Below, in pieces: positions 43,967-54,124 of a DNA stretch of 64,000 bases; positions within the stretch are counted from its first letter, which is position 1; every line of letters begins with the position of its first letter. The DNA is taken from contig CAVYMZ010000023.1 of the NCBI GenBank assembly GCA_963769705.1, positions 87,481 to 151,480 of the forward strand, read 5' to 3'. This stretch comes from an uncultured Alphaproteobacteria bacterium (GTDB lineage Bacteria; Pseudomonadota; Alphaproteobacteria; Rhizobiales; Xanthobacteraceae). A model generated the notes under the pieces. The model was given only the letters and a program-made list of their open reading frames with translations. It made no database searches and had not been told where the DNA came from. A program made the translations under genes and the position numbers.

Positions 43967-45619
43967 CTACGTGCCGGCCGATCCCTGCCGGACCTGATGA
44001 TGTCGGGAGGCCTTTGCCCTGTGCGCGTCCTGCGCGTGGTCATCCACCTGTGAACGCCAGCTGGCGATTTCCTCAAGCTCCGCCTCGGGCCGCGTTTCGA
44101 GCGTCTCGCGCCGTCCGAGGTAGATGTTGCCGCTGTCGCCGTCGATGGTGATCCAGTCGCTTCCCGAGATCGTGGTGTCTGCCAGCTGGGCCCGGTCGGC
44201 CGCCACGTCGATCGTCATGCCAAAGCACCCGACGATGCAGGGCTTTCCCATCTGGCGCGCCACCAGCGCGGCATGGGCGGTGCGGGCGCCGACCGCCGTC
44301 ACGATGCCGGCCGCGATCGCAAAGCCTGCGACATCCGCCGTGCTGGTGTCGGGGCGCATCAGGATCACCGGATCGCCCGAGGCCGCAAGCCGCTCGGCGC
44401 TTTCGGAATTGAACGCGGCGCGTCCGACCGCGATGCCGCCCGAGGCCCCGATGCCGGCGACGAGCGGCTCGCCGGGCGCGACCAGCGAGATCCGGACCAG
44501 CGCAGCCAGGTCGATGCCGGCGATTTGCTCCAGCGCTTCCTGCTCGGTAATCAGGCCTTCATGCACGAGATCGACGGCGATCCGCAGCGCCGCGCGCGGC
44601 GTCCGCTTTGCGGCACGGGTCTGCAGGATCCATAATTTGCCGTCCTCGATGGTGAACTCGACGTCCTGGACGTCGCCGAATTCCCGTTCGAGCCGCTTCA
44701 GGACATCGCCGAGTTTGGCGGCGATCGTCGGCAGCGAGCGCACGATGGTCTCTTCGGTATCGGGCGTCCGGCGGCCCGAAACGACATCTTCGCCTTGGGC
44801 ATCAAGCATCAGGTCGATCATCGGATGGGCGAGGCCCGTTGACGGGTCCCGCGAAAACGCCACCCCGGACCCGGACGATAGCCCGCCATTGCCGAACACC
44901 ATGGTCTGAACCGTGACCGCAGTACCCTGGAGATAATCGAGCTTCTGAAGACGGCGGTAGGCTTGCGCCCGTTCGCTCATCCACGACCGATAGACCGCCC
45001 TGGCGGCGCCTTCGAGCTGCGCCTCGGCGTTTTCCAGCCAACCATCGTCGCGATCCTCGACCAGCGCCTGCTCGTCGGTGGCAAGCCGTTCGAGCGCCTC
45101 GCTGTCCAGCTCGCGATCGCTGGCGACGGCTTCGCTGCTGGTCAACTCGGCTAGCTGCGTTGCGAATATTGCGGAGTCGAGGCCGAGCACGGTTTCAGTG
45201 TAGCTTTCGAGAAAGCGCCGCCGGCAATCCCACGCTAGCCCCGGCCGGCCGCTCGATCGGATCAGACCTTGCACGGCCACCGACGTGCAGCCGACATTGA
45301 GGACCGTATCCAGCATGCCTGGCATCGATCGCGCCGCGCCCGAGCGCACCGATACCAATAGCGGCTGCCGACCGTCGCCGAAGCGTTTCCCGGTGGCGTT
45401 TTCCAGGAACTCGATGCCTTGCTTAAGCCCGTCGCGCAGCTCGCGTTCGGCGTGCGCATCCTTGTCGATGATGTCAGCGCACAGCTTGACCGGCAGCACG
45501 AAGGCCGGCGGCACCGGCAGACCGAGTGCCGCCATCCGCGCGAGGTTCGCGGCTTTGGCGCCGATCGCGTCGGCGGAATGCTGTTCGGTCGATCCGCCCC
45601 CGATACGCACGATATGCAT
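43967..45619 (-). CDS. PPDK-like protein: ATP-grasp + phospho-His swivel domain, no pyruvate-binding domain
   Basis: GAKAANL, LVSVRSGA..SMPGMLDTVLN, QTMVFGN, QGEDVVSG, DVEFTIE..LQTR, GARTAHAALVAR; ends at 550 aa. Confidence 0.85.
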   Translation of the reverse strand: MHIVRIGGGSTEQHSADAIGAKAANLARMAALGLPVPPAFVLPVKLCADIIDKDAHAERELRDGLKQGIEFLENATGKRFGDGRQPLLVSVRSGAARSMPGMLDTVLNVGCTSVAVQGLIRSSGRPGLAWDCRRRFLESYTETVLGLDSAIFATQLAELTSSEAVASDRELDSEALERLATDEQALVEDRDDGWLENAEAQLEGAARAVYRSWMSERAQAYRRLQKLDYLQGTAVTVQTMVFGNGGLSSGSGVAFSRDPSTGLAHPMIDLMLDAQGEDVVSGRRTPDTEETIVRSLPTIAAKLGDVLKRLEREFGDVQDVEFTIEDGKLWILQTRAAKRTPRAALRIAVDLVHEGLITEQEALEQIAGIDLAALVRISLVAPGEPLVAGIGASGGIAVGRAAFNSESAERLAASGDPVILMRPDTSTADVAGFAIAAGIVTAVGARTAHAALVARQMGKPCIVGCFGMTIDVAADRAQLADTTISGSDWITIDGDSGNIYLGRRETLETRPEAELEEIASWRSQVDDHAQDAHRAKASRHHQVRQGSAGT

Positions 45620-45636
45620 GGGCTGAAATCCTCAGG

Positions 45637-47565
45637 TCAGGCCGACAAGTCGGTCATGATGTGCCGCCGCAGCAGGTGCCCGAATCCGGCCAACCGGTCG
45701 GTCGCACGCTCGATGGCGCGGGCCAGTTCGATCACGGAGAGCGAGGTCGCGACGTCAAAGCCGCCGCGAAACACCCGCGCGGTGACATCGCGTTCCCTTG
45801 CATCCGCGGTGTGCTCGGCATCGATCAGGCGGATGACAGCGTTGAGCGCGTCTTCGGAATCGGCGCGGCGTCCCTCCGGAACCTCGATCGCCGCGGCGAG
45901 CCCGGAAGCCGCGGCTTCCGTCGCGGTAATGGCAACCGCGCACAATTCGGCGAGCGCCGAAAGCAGCGCGGAGTCGATTCTCGCCGGCGCCAATGAGGCG
46001 ATAAAGGCGGCCTGTTCCAGTTCGTCGATGGCTTCCTCGACGCGGTCGACCATCTGTTCGATGATCGGGCCTGCACTGAGGCGGGTTGCCTCCTTGCGGG
46101 CTTCGAGGGCGATGCGATCGGCCTTGCGCTCGATCTGGCCGGTGCGCGCCGCGAGCAGCTTGCCGTCGATTGGGCGGCCCGCCTGAAGTGCCGCGACATG
46201 ATGGGCGATCGCAGCAGTGACGTCGTGCGCCAATCCGACCTGGCGCAGCACGATCGCGAGTAACGCGCTGTCGACGCGTTCCAGGCGCCTGACCAGATCG
46301 GCTTCGATCTGGTCGCGCACTATTCTGACCGACCGCCCGGCGCTGAGGGCTTCGGTCGAAACCCGCATTGCGGTCTTGAGGAAATCGACCGCCGCGTTGC
46401 GCCCGAGCGCCTGATCCAGCCGCTCGCCGAAACCGATCCGCGTCGGCGCGGCGTTGCGCACCGCGGCGCCGATCAATTCGTTGCCGCCGAGTTCGAGGAA
46501 GCCGCGGTGGCCAATCCGCTGCCGCGCGCCCCAATCGAGAATGCGCGCCGCATCATCCTTTGCGACCCAACCGCGCAGCAGCTTGCGCGCCTTGTTCCAG
46601 TCGATCAGGAACACCAGCGCCGCGCCAAGCGCGCCGAGGAAGGCGTTGCGGTCGGCGGCACTGTCGGCCTGATACTGTCCGGTGACGAGAAAGAAGGCGT
46701 TGTCCTCGCCGAGACCCGCCGCGACATGGCGATCGAGCCCGCTCCATTTCGCCTGAAACCTGTCGAACAGCGCAATGAAGAATTTGGCGCGGGCGCGATG
46801 CACATCCGTATAGGTCACGGTCACGGCATTCTTCTTGACCGCAATGACCACCACATGGGCGTCGGTGGTGCCGATGTCGTTTTGAATCAGCAGCCGCCCC
46901 CCGGAGCGGGTCGCCATCGTGTCGAGGCCCGGATGGTTGAACTTCAAGGCGCGGGTTTCGTTGAGGCCCTGCATGAAACTTTCCACCGGCGCGCGGTCTT
47001 CCGCGTGCAGGCCGAACACATGGGCGCCGCTCAGGATCTCCTCGGAGCAATCCGCCGCCAGCCGGTTGAGCGCCTTGTGAGAATCCATTACCAGCCGATG
47101 CAGGCTGTCTGCGCTCCCCTCGGCCACGCCGGTCAGCCTTGCGACCCGCGCGAATTCGATTTCATTGGCGGCCTCGAGCAGACCCGCGCTGCGGATCGCG
47201 GCGAGCCGCGCATTCAGGGTTGCGCCGTCGGCCGGTTTGCCGGCGGTGACAGCGCGCAGCATCGCCGCCGCGTCGTCCTGGATTTCCTTCATCAGCCTCG
47301 CGAGATTGGGCGCAGCCATCCGGCCGTCGCCGGCCACATGGGCGCCGCCGATCAGGGTGGCGAGCGCGGCGGGCGCGACGCCGGCGGCGCGGCATTCCAC
47401 CTGCAAATCGGTGGTGGGGTGGTCGGGCTCGCGTGCATGATGCGCGGCTGCCTGCAGCGCGCTCATGCGAACCTTGATCCGGTCGTTCGCGGCGAGCCCC
47501 TCCGCGACCAGCGACGGCAACAGAATGTCAGCCTGTCCAAGCTGTTCGATGATTTGGGATTTCAT
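45637..47565 (-). CDS. Uncharacterised protein with C-terminal PhoU/DUF47-like helical region
   Basis: Uninterrupted 642 aa ORF; IERKADR and AEHTAD..IERATD motifs resemble DUF47; central QNDIGTTDAH motif. Confidence 0.6.
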   Translation of the reverse strand: MKSQIIEQLGQADILLPSLVAEGLAANDRIKVRMSALQAAAHHAREPDHPTTDLQVECRAAGVAPAALATLIGGAHVAGDGRMAAPNLARLMKEIQDDAAAMLRAVTAGKPADGATLNARLAAIRSAGLLEAANEIEFARVARLTGVAEGSADSLHRLVMDSHKALNRLAADCSEEILSGAHVFGLHAEDRAPVESFMQGLNETRALKFNHPGLDTMATRSGGRLLIQNDIGTTDAHVVVIAVKKNAVTVTYTDVHRARAKFFIALFDRFQAKWSGLDRHVAAGLGEDNAFFLVTGQYQADSAADRNAFLGALGAALVFLIDWNKARKLLRGWVAKDDAARILDWGARQRIGHRGFLELGGNELIGAAVRNAAPTRIGFGERLDQALGRNAAVDFLKTAMRVSTEALSAGRSVRIVRDQIEADLVRRLERVDSALLAIVLRQVGLAHDVTAAIAHHVAALQAGRPIDGKLLAARTGQIERKADRIALEARKEATRLSAGPIIEQMVDRVEEAIDELEQAAFIASLAPARIDSALLSALAELCAVAITATEAAASGLAAAIEVPEGRRADSEDALNAVIRLIDAEHTADARERDVTARVFRGGFDVATSLSVIELARAIERATDRLAGFGHLLRRHIMTDLSA

Positions 47566-47682
47566 GGGCGCACCCGCGGGAAATCGATCCCGCCTGTATG
47601 CCCCGCGCTTGCGACAGCTTCATTGCGCTAGATCATTCATCAAATTGTCATGTTTCTTTCCCGCCGGTGGCGACGGCCGAAA

Positions 47683-50091
47683 TTAGCTGCGGGCGTCCGC
47701 GTTGTTGCGATACGGCCAGACCCATTCGCGGATTTGCGGCATGTCTTCCCCATGCTCGCGCACATAGCGCGTATGCTCGATCAGGGCATCGCGGAACTGC
47801 TGCTTGACGTGAGCCGCGGCGATGTCGAGGCCGGGCACGCGATCGATGACCTCGATTGCCAGATGAAACCGGTCGAGTTCGTTCAGGACCACCATGTCGA
47901 ACGGCGTCGTCGTGGTGCCTTCTTCGGCAAAGCCGCGAACATGCATCCCGTCGTGGTTGGTGCGGCTATAGGTCAGACGATGGATCAGATAGGGATAGCC
48001 GTGATAGGCGAAGATCACCGGCTTGTCGCGGGTGAACATGCCGTCGAAATCGCGGTCGCTGATGCCGTGCGGATGCTGGTCCTTCGGCTGCAGCGTCATC
48101 AGGTCGACCACATTGACCACCCTGATTTTCAAATCGGGTAAGGCTTTTCGCAGCAGGTCCACCGCGGCCAGCGTCTCCAGCGTCGGAACGTCGCCGGCGC
48201 ACGCCATCACCACATCGGGTTCGGAACTCGCGGTTTCGGTGCCGGCCCATGGCCAGATTCCGATGCCGGCGTCGCAATGCGTTGCCGCCTCTCGCATGGT
48301 CAGCCATTGCGGAGCGGGCTGTTTGCCGGCGACGATCACATTGATGCGGTCATAGGTCCGCAGGCAATGGTCGGCGATCCAGAGCAGCGTGTTGGCGTCC
48401 GGCGGAAAATACACCCGGACGATGTCGGCCTTCTTGTTGGCGACGAGATCGACGAAGCCGGGATCCTGATGGCTGAAGCCGTTGTGGTCTTGCCGCCAGA
48501 CATGCGAAGTCAGCAGATAATTGAGCGAGGCGATCGGGCGCCGCCACGGCAGGCCACGCGAAACCTTCAGCCATTTGGCATGCTGGTTGAACATGGAATC
48601 GACGATGTGGATGAAGGCCTCGTAGCAGGAGAAGAAGCCGTGCCGTCCGGTGAGCAGATATCCTTCCAGCCAGCCCTGGCAGAGATGTTCGCTCAACACC
48701 TCCATCACACGGCCGTCCTGGGCCAGATGAACATCATAGGGCTTGATACCCTCCATCCAGACCCGTTCGGTTACCTCGAACACCGCATCGAGGCGGTTTG
48801 AGGCGGTCTCGTCGGGTCCCACGATGCGGAAATTCCGGGCCTCGGCGTTGTCGCGGACGACGTCGCGCAGGTATTTTCCGAGCACGCGCGTGGCTTCGGC
48901 CTCGCTGCCGCCGGGGCAGGGGACGTCGACGGCATAATGATGAAAATCCGGCAGTTTGAGTTCGCGCTTCAACAGTCCGCCATTGGCGTGTGGATTGGCG
49001 CCCATGCGCCGATCGCCTTCGGGGGCATGTGCCTGCAGTTCGGGGAGCAGCCGGCCGGTCGCGTCGAACAGCGTGTCGGGCCGATAGCTGCGCATCCATT
49101 GCTCGAGCAGTTCGAGATGTTTGGGATTTCCTCGCGGGTTGGCGATGGGCACCTGATGCGCGCGCCAGAAACCTTCCACCTTCAAGCCGTCGACTTCCTT
49201 CGGACCGGTCCAGCCCTTGGGACTGCGCAGCACGATCATAGGCCATTTCGGACGCTCAGTTGTCGCGCGCCCGTCGCGCGCCGTCATCTGAATGGCGCGT
49301 ATGCTCTTTAGCGCCGCCTCCAGCGTGTCGGCCATCAGCGCATGCATCTGTTTTGGATCGCTGCCTTCGACAAACAACGGCTCATGGCCGCAGCCTATGA
49401 AGAGATCGCGGATCTCCTCGTCGCTCATGCGGCCGAGCACGGTCGGGTTGGCTATCTTGTAGCCGTTGAGATGAAGGATCGGCAGCACCGCGCCGTCATG
49501 CGCCGGATTTAGGAATTTGTTGGAATGCCAGGAGGCGGCGAGCGGGCCCGTCTCGGCTTCGCCGTCGCCGACCACGCAGGCGACGATGAGGTCGGGATTG
49601 TCGAGCGCGGCGCCATAGGCGTGCAGCAGCGCGTAGCCAAGTTCGCCGCCCTCGTGAATCGATCCCGGCGTTTCCGGCGCCGCGTGACTCGGTATGCCGC
49701 CGGGGAAAGAAAACTGGCGGAACAATTTGCGCAAGCCTTCGGCATCGCGGCCGATATCGGGATAGATCTCGCTGTAAGTGCCTTCGAGATAGGTGTTGGC
49801 GACCATACCCGGCCCGCCATGACCGGGCCCGCAAACGTAAATCGCGTTCAGATCATGAGCGCGAATGAGCCGATTGAGATGGGCGTAAACGAAGTTAAGT
49901 CCCGGCGTGGTTCCCCAATGCCCCAATAGCCGCGGCTTGATGTGCTCCGGCCGCAGCGGCTCGCGGAGCAGGGGGTTGTCGAGCAGATAAATCTGACCGA
50001 CCGACAGGTAATTGGCGGCGCGCCAGTAGCGATCGAGCAGATCCAGATCACGGGCTTTTGACGAACTGTCGTAGGCGCTTGGCGTTTGCAT
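47683..50091 (-). CDS. xfp: Phosphoketolase (xylulose-5-P/fructose-6-P)
   Basis: [63 protein letters not shown]. Confidence 0.95.
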   Translation of the reverse strand: MQTPSAYDSSSKARDLDLLDRYWRAANYLSVGQIYLLDNPLLREPLRPEHIKPRLLGHWGTTPGLNFVYAHLNRLIRAHDLNAIYVCGPGHGGPGMVANTYLEGTYSEIYPDIGRDAEGLRKLFRQFSFPGGIPSHAAPETPGSIHEGGELGYALLHAYGAALDNPDLIVACVVGDGEAETGPLAASWHSNKFLNPAHDGAVLPILHLNGYKIANPTVLGRMSDEEIRDLFIGCGHEPLFVEGSDPKQMHALMADTLEAALKSIRAIQMTARDGRATTERPKWPMIVLRSPKGWTGPKEVDGLKVEGFWRAHQVPIANPRGNPKHLELLEQWMRSYRPDTLFDATGRLLPELQAHAPEGDRRMGANPHANGGLLKRELKLPDFHHYAVDVPCPGGSEAEATRVLGKYLRDVVRDNAEARNFRIVGPDETASNRLDAVFEVTERVWMEGIKPYDVHLAQDGRVMEVLSEHLCQGWLEGYLLTGRHGFFSCYEAFIHIVDSMFNQHAKWLKVSRGLPWRRPIASLNYLLTSHVWRQDHNGFSHQDPGFVDLVANKKADIVRVYFPPDANTLLWIADHCLRTYDRINVIVAGKQPAPQWLTMREAATHCDAGIGIWPWAGTETASSEPDVVMACAGDVPTLETLAAVDLLRKALPDLKIRVVNVVDLMTLQPKDQHPHGISDRDFDGMFTRDKPVIFAYHGYPYLIHRLTYSRTNHDGMHVRGFAEEGTTTTPFDMVVLNELDRFHLAIEVIDRVPGLDIAAAHVKQQFRDALIEHTRYVREHGEDMPQIREWVWPYRNNADARS

Positions 50092-50239
50092 GGGAATGTC
50101 TCGGCGATGGCCTGAAGCAACAAACTCGCTGCCCGATCGATCCGTTTTTGCGTGAACAAGATAGAGAGGGAATGTGTAGGGACGGCGTCCGCCGGTGTTC
50201 GTCACACGCACGGCGGCGATCCACAGGGCGCCCATCTAT

Positions 50240-50254
50240 GTTCTTGCTTTGTTC
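50240..50254 (+). promoter_or_regulatory. Alphaproteobacterial LexA (SOS) box
   Basis: GTTC-TTGCTTT-GTTC (GTTC-N7-GTTC), 25 nt upstream of the radical SAM ATG. Confidence 0.8.
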
Positions 50255-50278
50255 TCGCGGCGTGTTATGTTGTCAACC

Positions 50279-51442
50279 ATGAGCCGAGCATCCTCTCATG
50301 CCCTCAAGCACCCGCCGGTCACGGCGCCCTCCGAACCGGCGGGTGCACCTACCCCTTTTCCGGAACTCGCGGTCGCGATCGAGCGCGAGCGGCGGCGTGG
50401 CCGCGGCGCGCAGTCCAACGCCAGCGGCCGATACGAAGCCGAGGCGCGGGTCGCCTTCGACGACGGCTGGCAAAGCCTCGATGAATTGCCACCGTTCAAG
50501 ACCACCGTCGCGCTCGACACCGCGCGGAAAGTAATTACCCGCAACAATTCTCCCGATATCGGGTTTGACCGCTCGATCAATCCTTACCGGGGCTGCGAGC
50601 ACGGCTGCGTCTACTGCTTCGCGCGGCCGACGCATGCCTATCTCGGCCTGTCGCCGGGGCTCGACTTCGAATCGAAACTGTTCGCCAAGCCCGACGCGCC
50701 GCAGTTGTTGGAAAAGGAACTGGCGGCGCAGGATTACGAACCGCGCATGATCGCGATCGGCACCAACACCGATCCCTATCAGCCGATCGAGCGCGAGCGG
50801 AAGATCATGCGCGGCATTCTTGAGGTGCTGGAGCGCACCTCGCATCCGGTCGGCATCGTGACGAAATCGGCGCTGGTGACCCGCGACATCGACATCCTGG
50901 CGCGGATGGCCAGGCGCAATCTCGCCAAGGTCGCGATTTCGGTGACCACGCTCGATGCCAAGCTGGCGCGCACCATGGAGCCACGGGCCTCGACGCCTCC
51001 AAGACGGCTCGAGGCGCTGCGGCAACTGTCCGAGGCGGGTATTCCGACCACGGTGATGGTCGCACCCGTCATCCCGGCGCTGAACGATTCGGAGATCGAG
51101 CGCATTCTCGATGCGGCTGCGCATGCCGGCGTCAAGGAAGCGAGCTATGTGCTGCTGCGGCTGCCGCTGGAAGTGCGCGACCTGTTCCGCGAATGGCTGA
51201 TGGCCAATTATCCCGACCGCTATCGCCATATCTTTACGCTGATCCGCGACATGCGCGGCGGCCGCGATTACAACTCGCAGTGGGGAACGCGAATGAAGGG
51301 CACCGGGCCGATGGCCTGGATGATCGGCCGCCGGTTCGAGATCGCTTGCGAAAAGCTCGGGCTCAACAAGCGGCGCTCGAAATTGACCACCGATCATTTT
51401 GCAAGACCCAAGCGCAGCGGGCAGCAACTCAGCCTTTTTTAA
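50279..51442 (+). CDS. PA0069 family radical SAM protein (SplB-like)
   Basis: SINPYRGCEHGCVYCFAR, GTNTDPYQP, C-terminal QLSLF clamp-binding-like motif. Confidence 0.9.
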   Translation: MSRASSHALKHPPVTAPSEPAGAPTPFPELAVAIERERRRGRGAQSNASGRYEAEARVAFDDGWQSLDELPPFKTTVALDTARKVITRNNSPDIGFDRSINPYRGCEHGCVYCFARPTHAYLGLSPGLDFESKLFAKPDAPQLLEKELAAQDYEPRMIAIGTNTDPYQPIERERKIMRGILEVLERTSHPVGIVTKSALVTRDIDILARMARRNLAKVAISVTTLDAKLARTMEPRASTPPRRLEALRQLSEAGIPTTVMVAPVIPALNDSEIERILDAAAHAGVKEASYVLLRLPLEVRDLFREWLMANYPDRYRHIFTLIRDMRGGRDYNSQWGTRMKGTGPMAWMIGRRFEIACEKLGLNKRRSKLTTDHFARPKRSGQQLSLF

Positions 51443-51521
51443 TGCCGGCCGACGCTGAATAGCGGGAATTGCGCCGAGTTCCCGGTTGCGCCACAGGCTC
51501 CACTTGCGCACGATCCCGGCC

Positions 51522-52280
51522 ATGATTCGGGAAAAATCCAAACAAACGGCCAGGGGAAAAGCCAAGGACGGTCCAGCCAAGCCCGCCAGGGGCGTGATTG
51601 CGGTCGCTCCGCCGGGCTTTCGCCGCGAGCGCGCGCTGATCAAGCGCGGCATTTGGCCGGTCGCCGGCTGCGACGAGGCCGGTCGCGGCCCGCTGGCGGG
51701 TCCGGTGGTTGCCGCCGCCGTGGTGCTGGACCCCAGGCGAATCCCCAAGGGCATCGACGATTCCAAGCGGCTGACGGCGGAGCGGCGCGAGGAACTGTTC
51801 GAGGAAATCTGCGCGACCGCTTCCTTCGCCGTGGCTTTTGCATCTCCCGCGCGGATCGACCGCGACAATATCCTGCGTGCCTCGCTGTGGGCGCTCAAGC
51901 GCGCGGTGCAGGCGCTGCCGGAAATGCCGAAACACGTCTTCGTCGATGGCCGCGACAAACTCGATATCGCTTGCGACTGCGACGCCGTGATCGGCGGCGA
52001 CGGACTTGTGGTCTCGATCGCTGCGGCGTCGATCATTGCCAAGGTGACGCGCGACCGCCTGATGTGCGCCTTGGCGCAGGATTGCCCGGGCTACGGCTTC
52101 GAACAGCACAAGGGCTACAGCGTTCCCGAGCATCTTGAGGCGCTCGACCGGCTCGGCCCGTCAGCCCATCACCGCAGCTTCTTTGCGCCTGTAGTGGCGG
52201 CGCGGGAAAAGCACCAGCCCTGGACGATCGAACGCGAACCCGACCTGTTTGCGGAAGCCGAGATTTCCGCCGTCCTTTGA
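51522..52280 (+). CDS. rnhB: Ribonuclease HII
   Basis: [38 protein letters not shown]. Confidence 0.95.
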   Translation: MIREKSKQTARGKAKDGPAKPARGVIAVAPPGFRRERALIKRGIWPVAGCDEAGRGPLAGPVVAAAVVLDPRRIPKGIDDSKRLTAERREELFEEICATASFAVAFASPARIDRDNILRASLWALKRAVQALPEMPKHVFVDGRDKLDIACDCDAVIGGDGLVVSIAAASIIAKVTRDRLMCALAQDCPGYGFEQHKGYSVPEHLEALDRLGPSAHHRSFFAPVVAAREKHQPWTIEREPDLFAEAEISAVL

Positions 52281-52484
52281 TGGCGGTTGCCTCGACAGGC
52301 ACCTGGCCCTATTACCGTCATTCGATCCGTACGAAGCTTCACTCCTCATGATGAGGAGAATGTCCTGCACATCTCGAACCATGACACCCTCATCGTTCAA
52401 GACGCCAGCCGGATGTTACTCCCAAGGGATGAGGGACATGCCCGCCGGTCCGTCAGCGCGTAGCAAGAGCGATCCAGCCGTCTC

Positions 52485-53993
52485 ATGCGTTTCACTTCCC
52501 TGATTATCGAACTGATCCGCGCCCGGCCGCGGCTCGTGGTTTGGCTGGCGGTGTTGTGTCAGGCGGCGCTGTGGCTATTGGTGTCGTTGCTCTTGTATCG
52601 CGGCCCTCCCGGCGACCTCGCCACCGTGCTCGCCTATGGCCGGGAATATCAGGTCGGCACCGATCTAGGCCCGCCGCTGGCGTTCTGGCTCGCCGATATC
52701 GCGTTTCGTGCCGCCGGCAATCACATCATCGGCGTCTACGTGCTGGCGCAGCTTTGCTCGATCGCGATGTTCTGGGCGCTTTATCTGCTGGCGCGAGCCA
52801 TCGTCGGCGGACAACAGGCGGTGCTCGCGGTACTCCTGACCATGACGGTCACGGCATTCAGTTCGCCTGGCCTTGAATTCGGTCCCGTGGTTCTGGCGCG
52901 ACCGCTGTGGGCGCTGTTGCTGCTGCATTCCTGGCGACTGATCGGCCAGAACCGGCGCAATGCATGGTTCGCATGGTCGATCGAAGCCGGACTTTTGCTG
53001 CTGACGACCTCCGCCGCGCCTTTTCTGTTGCTGCTGATCGTTGGATTCGCGTTTGCGACCCCGCGTGGACGGCGAACGCTGATGTCGTTCGATCCGCTAT
53101 TTGCGCTTCTTGTGATTATCGTGCTGGCGCTGCCTTATCTGATCTGGCTGATCCGCGCCGGCGCCCTTTCTGTGCCGCACTTGCCGGCGATCGTAGAATT
53201 GAGCGCAAGGGCGCTGCATTGGGCCGCATTGCTCGGTGGCTTGCTGGCGGCGAGCTCCGGCATCGTGCTGCTGGTCGTGCTCAACTCCCGCTGGTTCGCC
53301 CGCAATCCGGAAGAGACACCGATCATCTATCGCCCGCCGGTCGATCCGCTGGCTCGCGATTTCGTCTATTGCCTGGCCGTCGGCCCCGCGTTGTTCGGAA
53401 GCCTGATTTCCGGCCTGTTCGATCTTGATCGGGTCGCAGGCGGGGCGGGCGTCGCGTTATTGATGTCGGGGTTGGCCGCGATCATCGCGACCGGCGATCT
53501 CGTCCATCTGCGTCACCAGCGGCTACTGCGCTCGGTCTGGGCGGCCGCCATCGTCGCGCCCGCGCTCGCGGTGCTCGCGACCACGATCTTTATGCCATGG
53601 ACTGGCGGCGGCGAGGTGGCGACGTCGCTGCCCGCGCGCGCGATCGCGAATTTCTTCGGCGACAGCTTTGAGCGGCGCACCAACCACCCGCTGAAGGCGG
53701 TGACCGGCGACGCGCAGCTGGCGGCCCTGATTTCGCTCGATGCCTCGCGTCCCCATCTCTTTCTCGACGCGGCGCCGCAACGGACGCCGTGGATTTCGTT
53801 GGCGAAATTCAATGAGACCGGCGGCGTCGTGGTCTGGCGCGCTGCCGACACGGTTGGCACGCCGCCGCCCGATATCGCGCAGCGGTTTCCCGGCCTGGTG
53901 CCCGAACTGCCGCGGGCGTTCGAGTGGTTCGTCACCGGACAGCAGCCGCTGCTGCGGATCGGCTGGGCCATCGTGCGGCCGAAAATGCCATAG
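52485..53993 (+). CDS. Glycosyltransferase family 39 / ArnT-like membrane protein
   Basis: Polytopic membrane ORF, GREYQVGTDLGPPLAFWL, LPYLIWL. Confidence 0.7.
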   Translation: MRFTSLIIELIRARPRLVVWLAVLCQAALWLLVSLLLYRGPPGDLATVLAYGREYQVGTDLGPPLAFWLADIAFRAAGNHIIGVYVLAQLCSIAMFWALYLLARAIVGGQQAVLAVLLTMTVTAFSSPGLEFGPVVLARPLWALLLLHSWRLIGQNRRNAWFAWSIEAGLLLLTTSAAPFLLLLIVGFAFATPRGRRTLMSFDPLFALLVIIVLALPYLIWLIRAGALSVPHLPAIVELSARALHWAALLGGLLAASSGIVLLVVLNSRWFARNPEETPIIYRPPVDPLARDFVYCLAVGPALFGSLISGLFDLDRVAGGAGVALLMSGLAAIIATGDLVHLRHQRLLRSVWAAAIVAPALAVLATTIFMPWTGGGEVATSLPARAIANFFGDSFERRTNHPLKAVTGDAQLAALISLDASRPHLFLDAAPQRTPWISLAKFNETGGVVVWRAADTVGTPPPDIAQRFPGLVPELPRAFEWFVTGQQPLLRIGWAIVRPKMP

Positions 53994-53997
53994 CTCG

Positions 53998-54124
53998 ATC
54001 CTCGTGGCGAGGAGGCGCTTTTGCGCCGTCTCCGGACGATGCTTCGCATCGCCGGGAGAACCATGAGGCCGACAATGTCTCATCCTTCGCGACGCGGCGA
54101 AGACGCTGCTCTCAGGATGAGGAG
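53998..54124. repeat. Palindromic intergenic repeat, family D (CTCATCCT..AGGATGAG)
   Basis: GATGCTTCGCATC and CTCATCCTTCG...CTCAGGATGAGG between convergent genes; remnants near 52343 and 59710. Confidence 0.55.
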
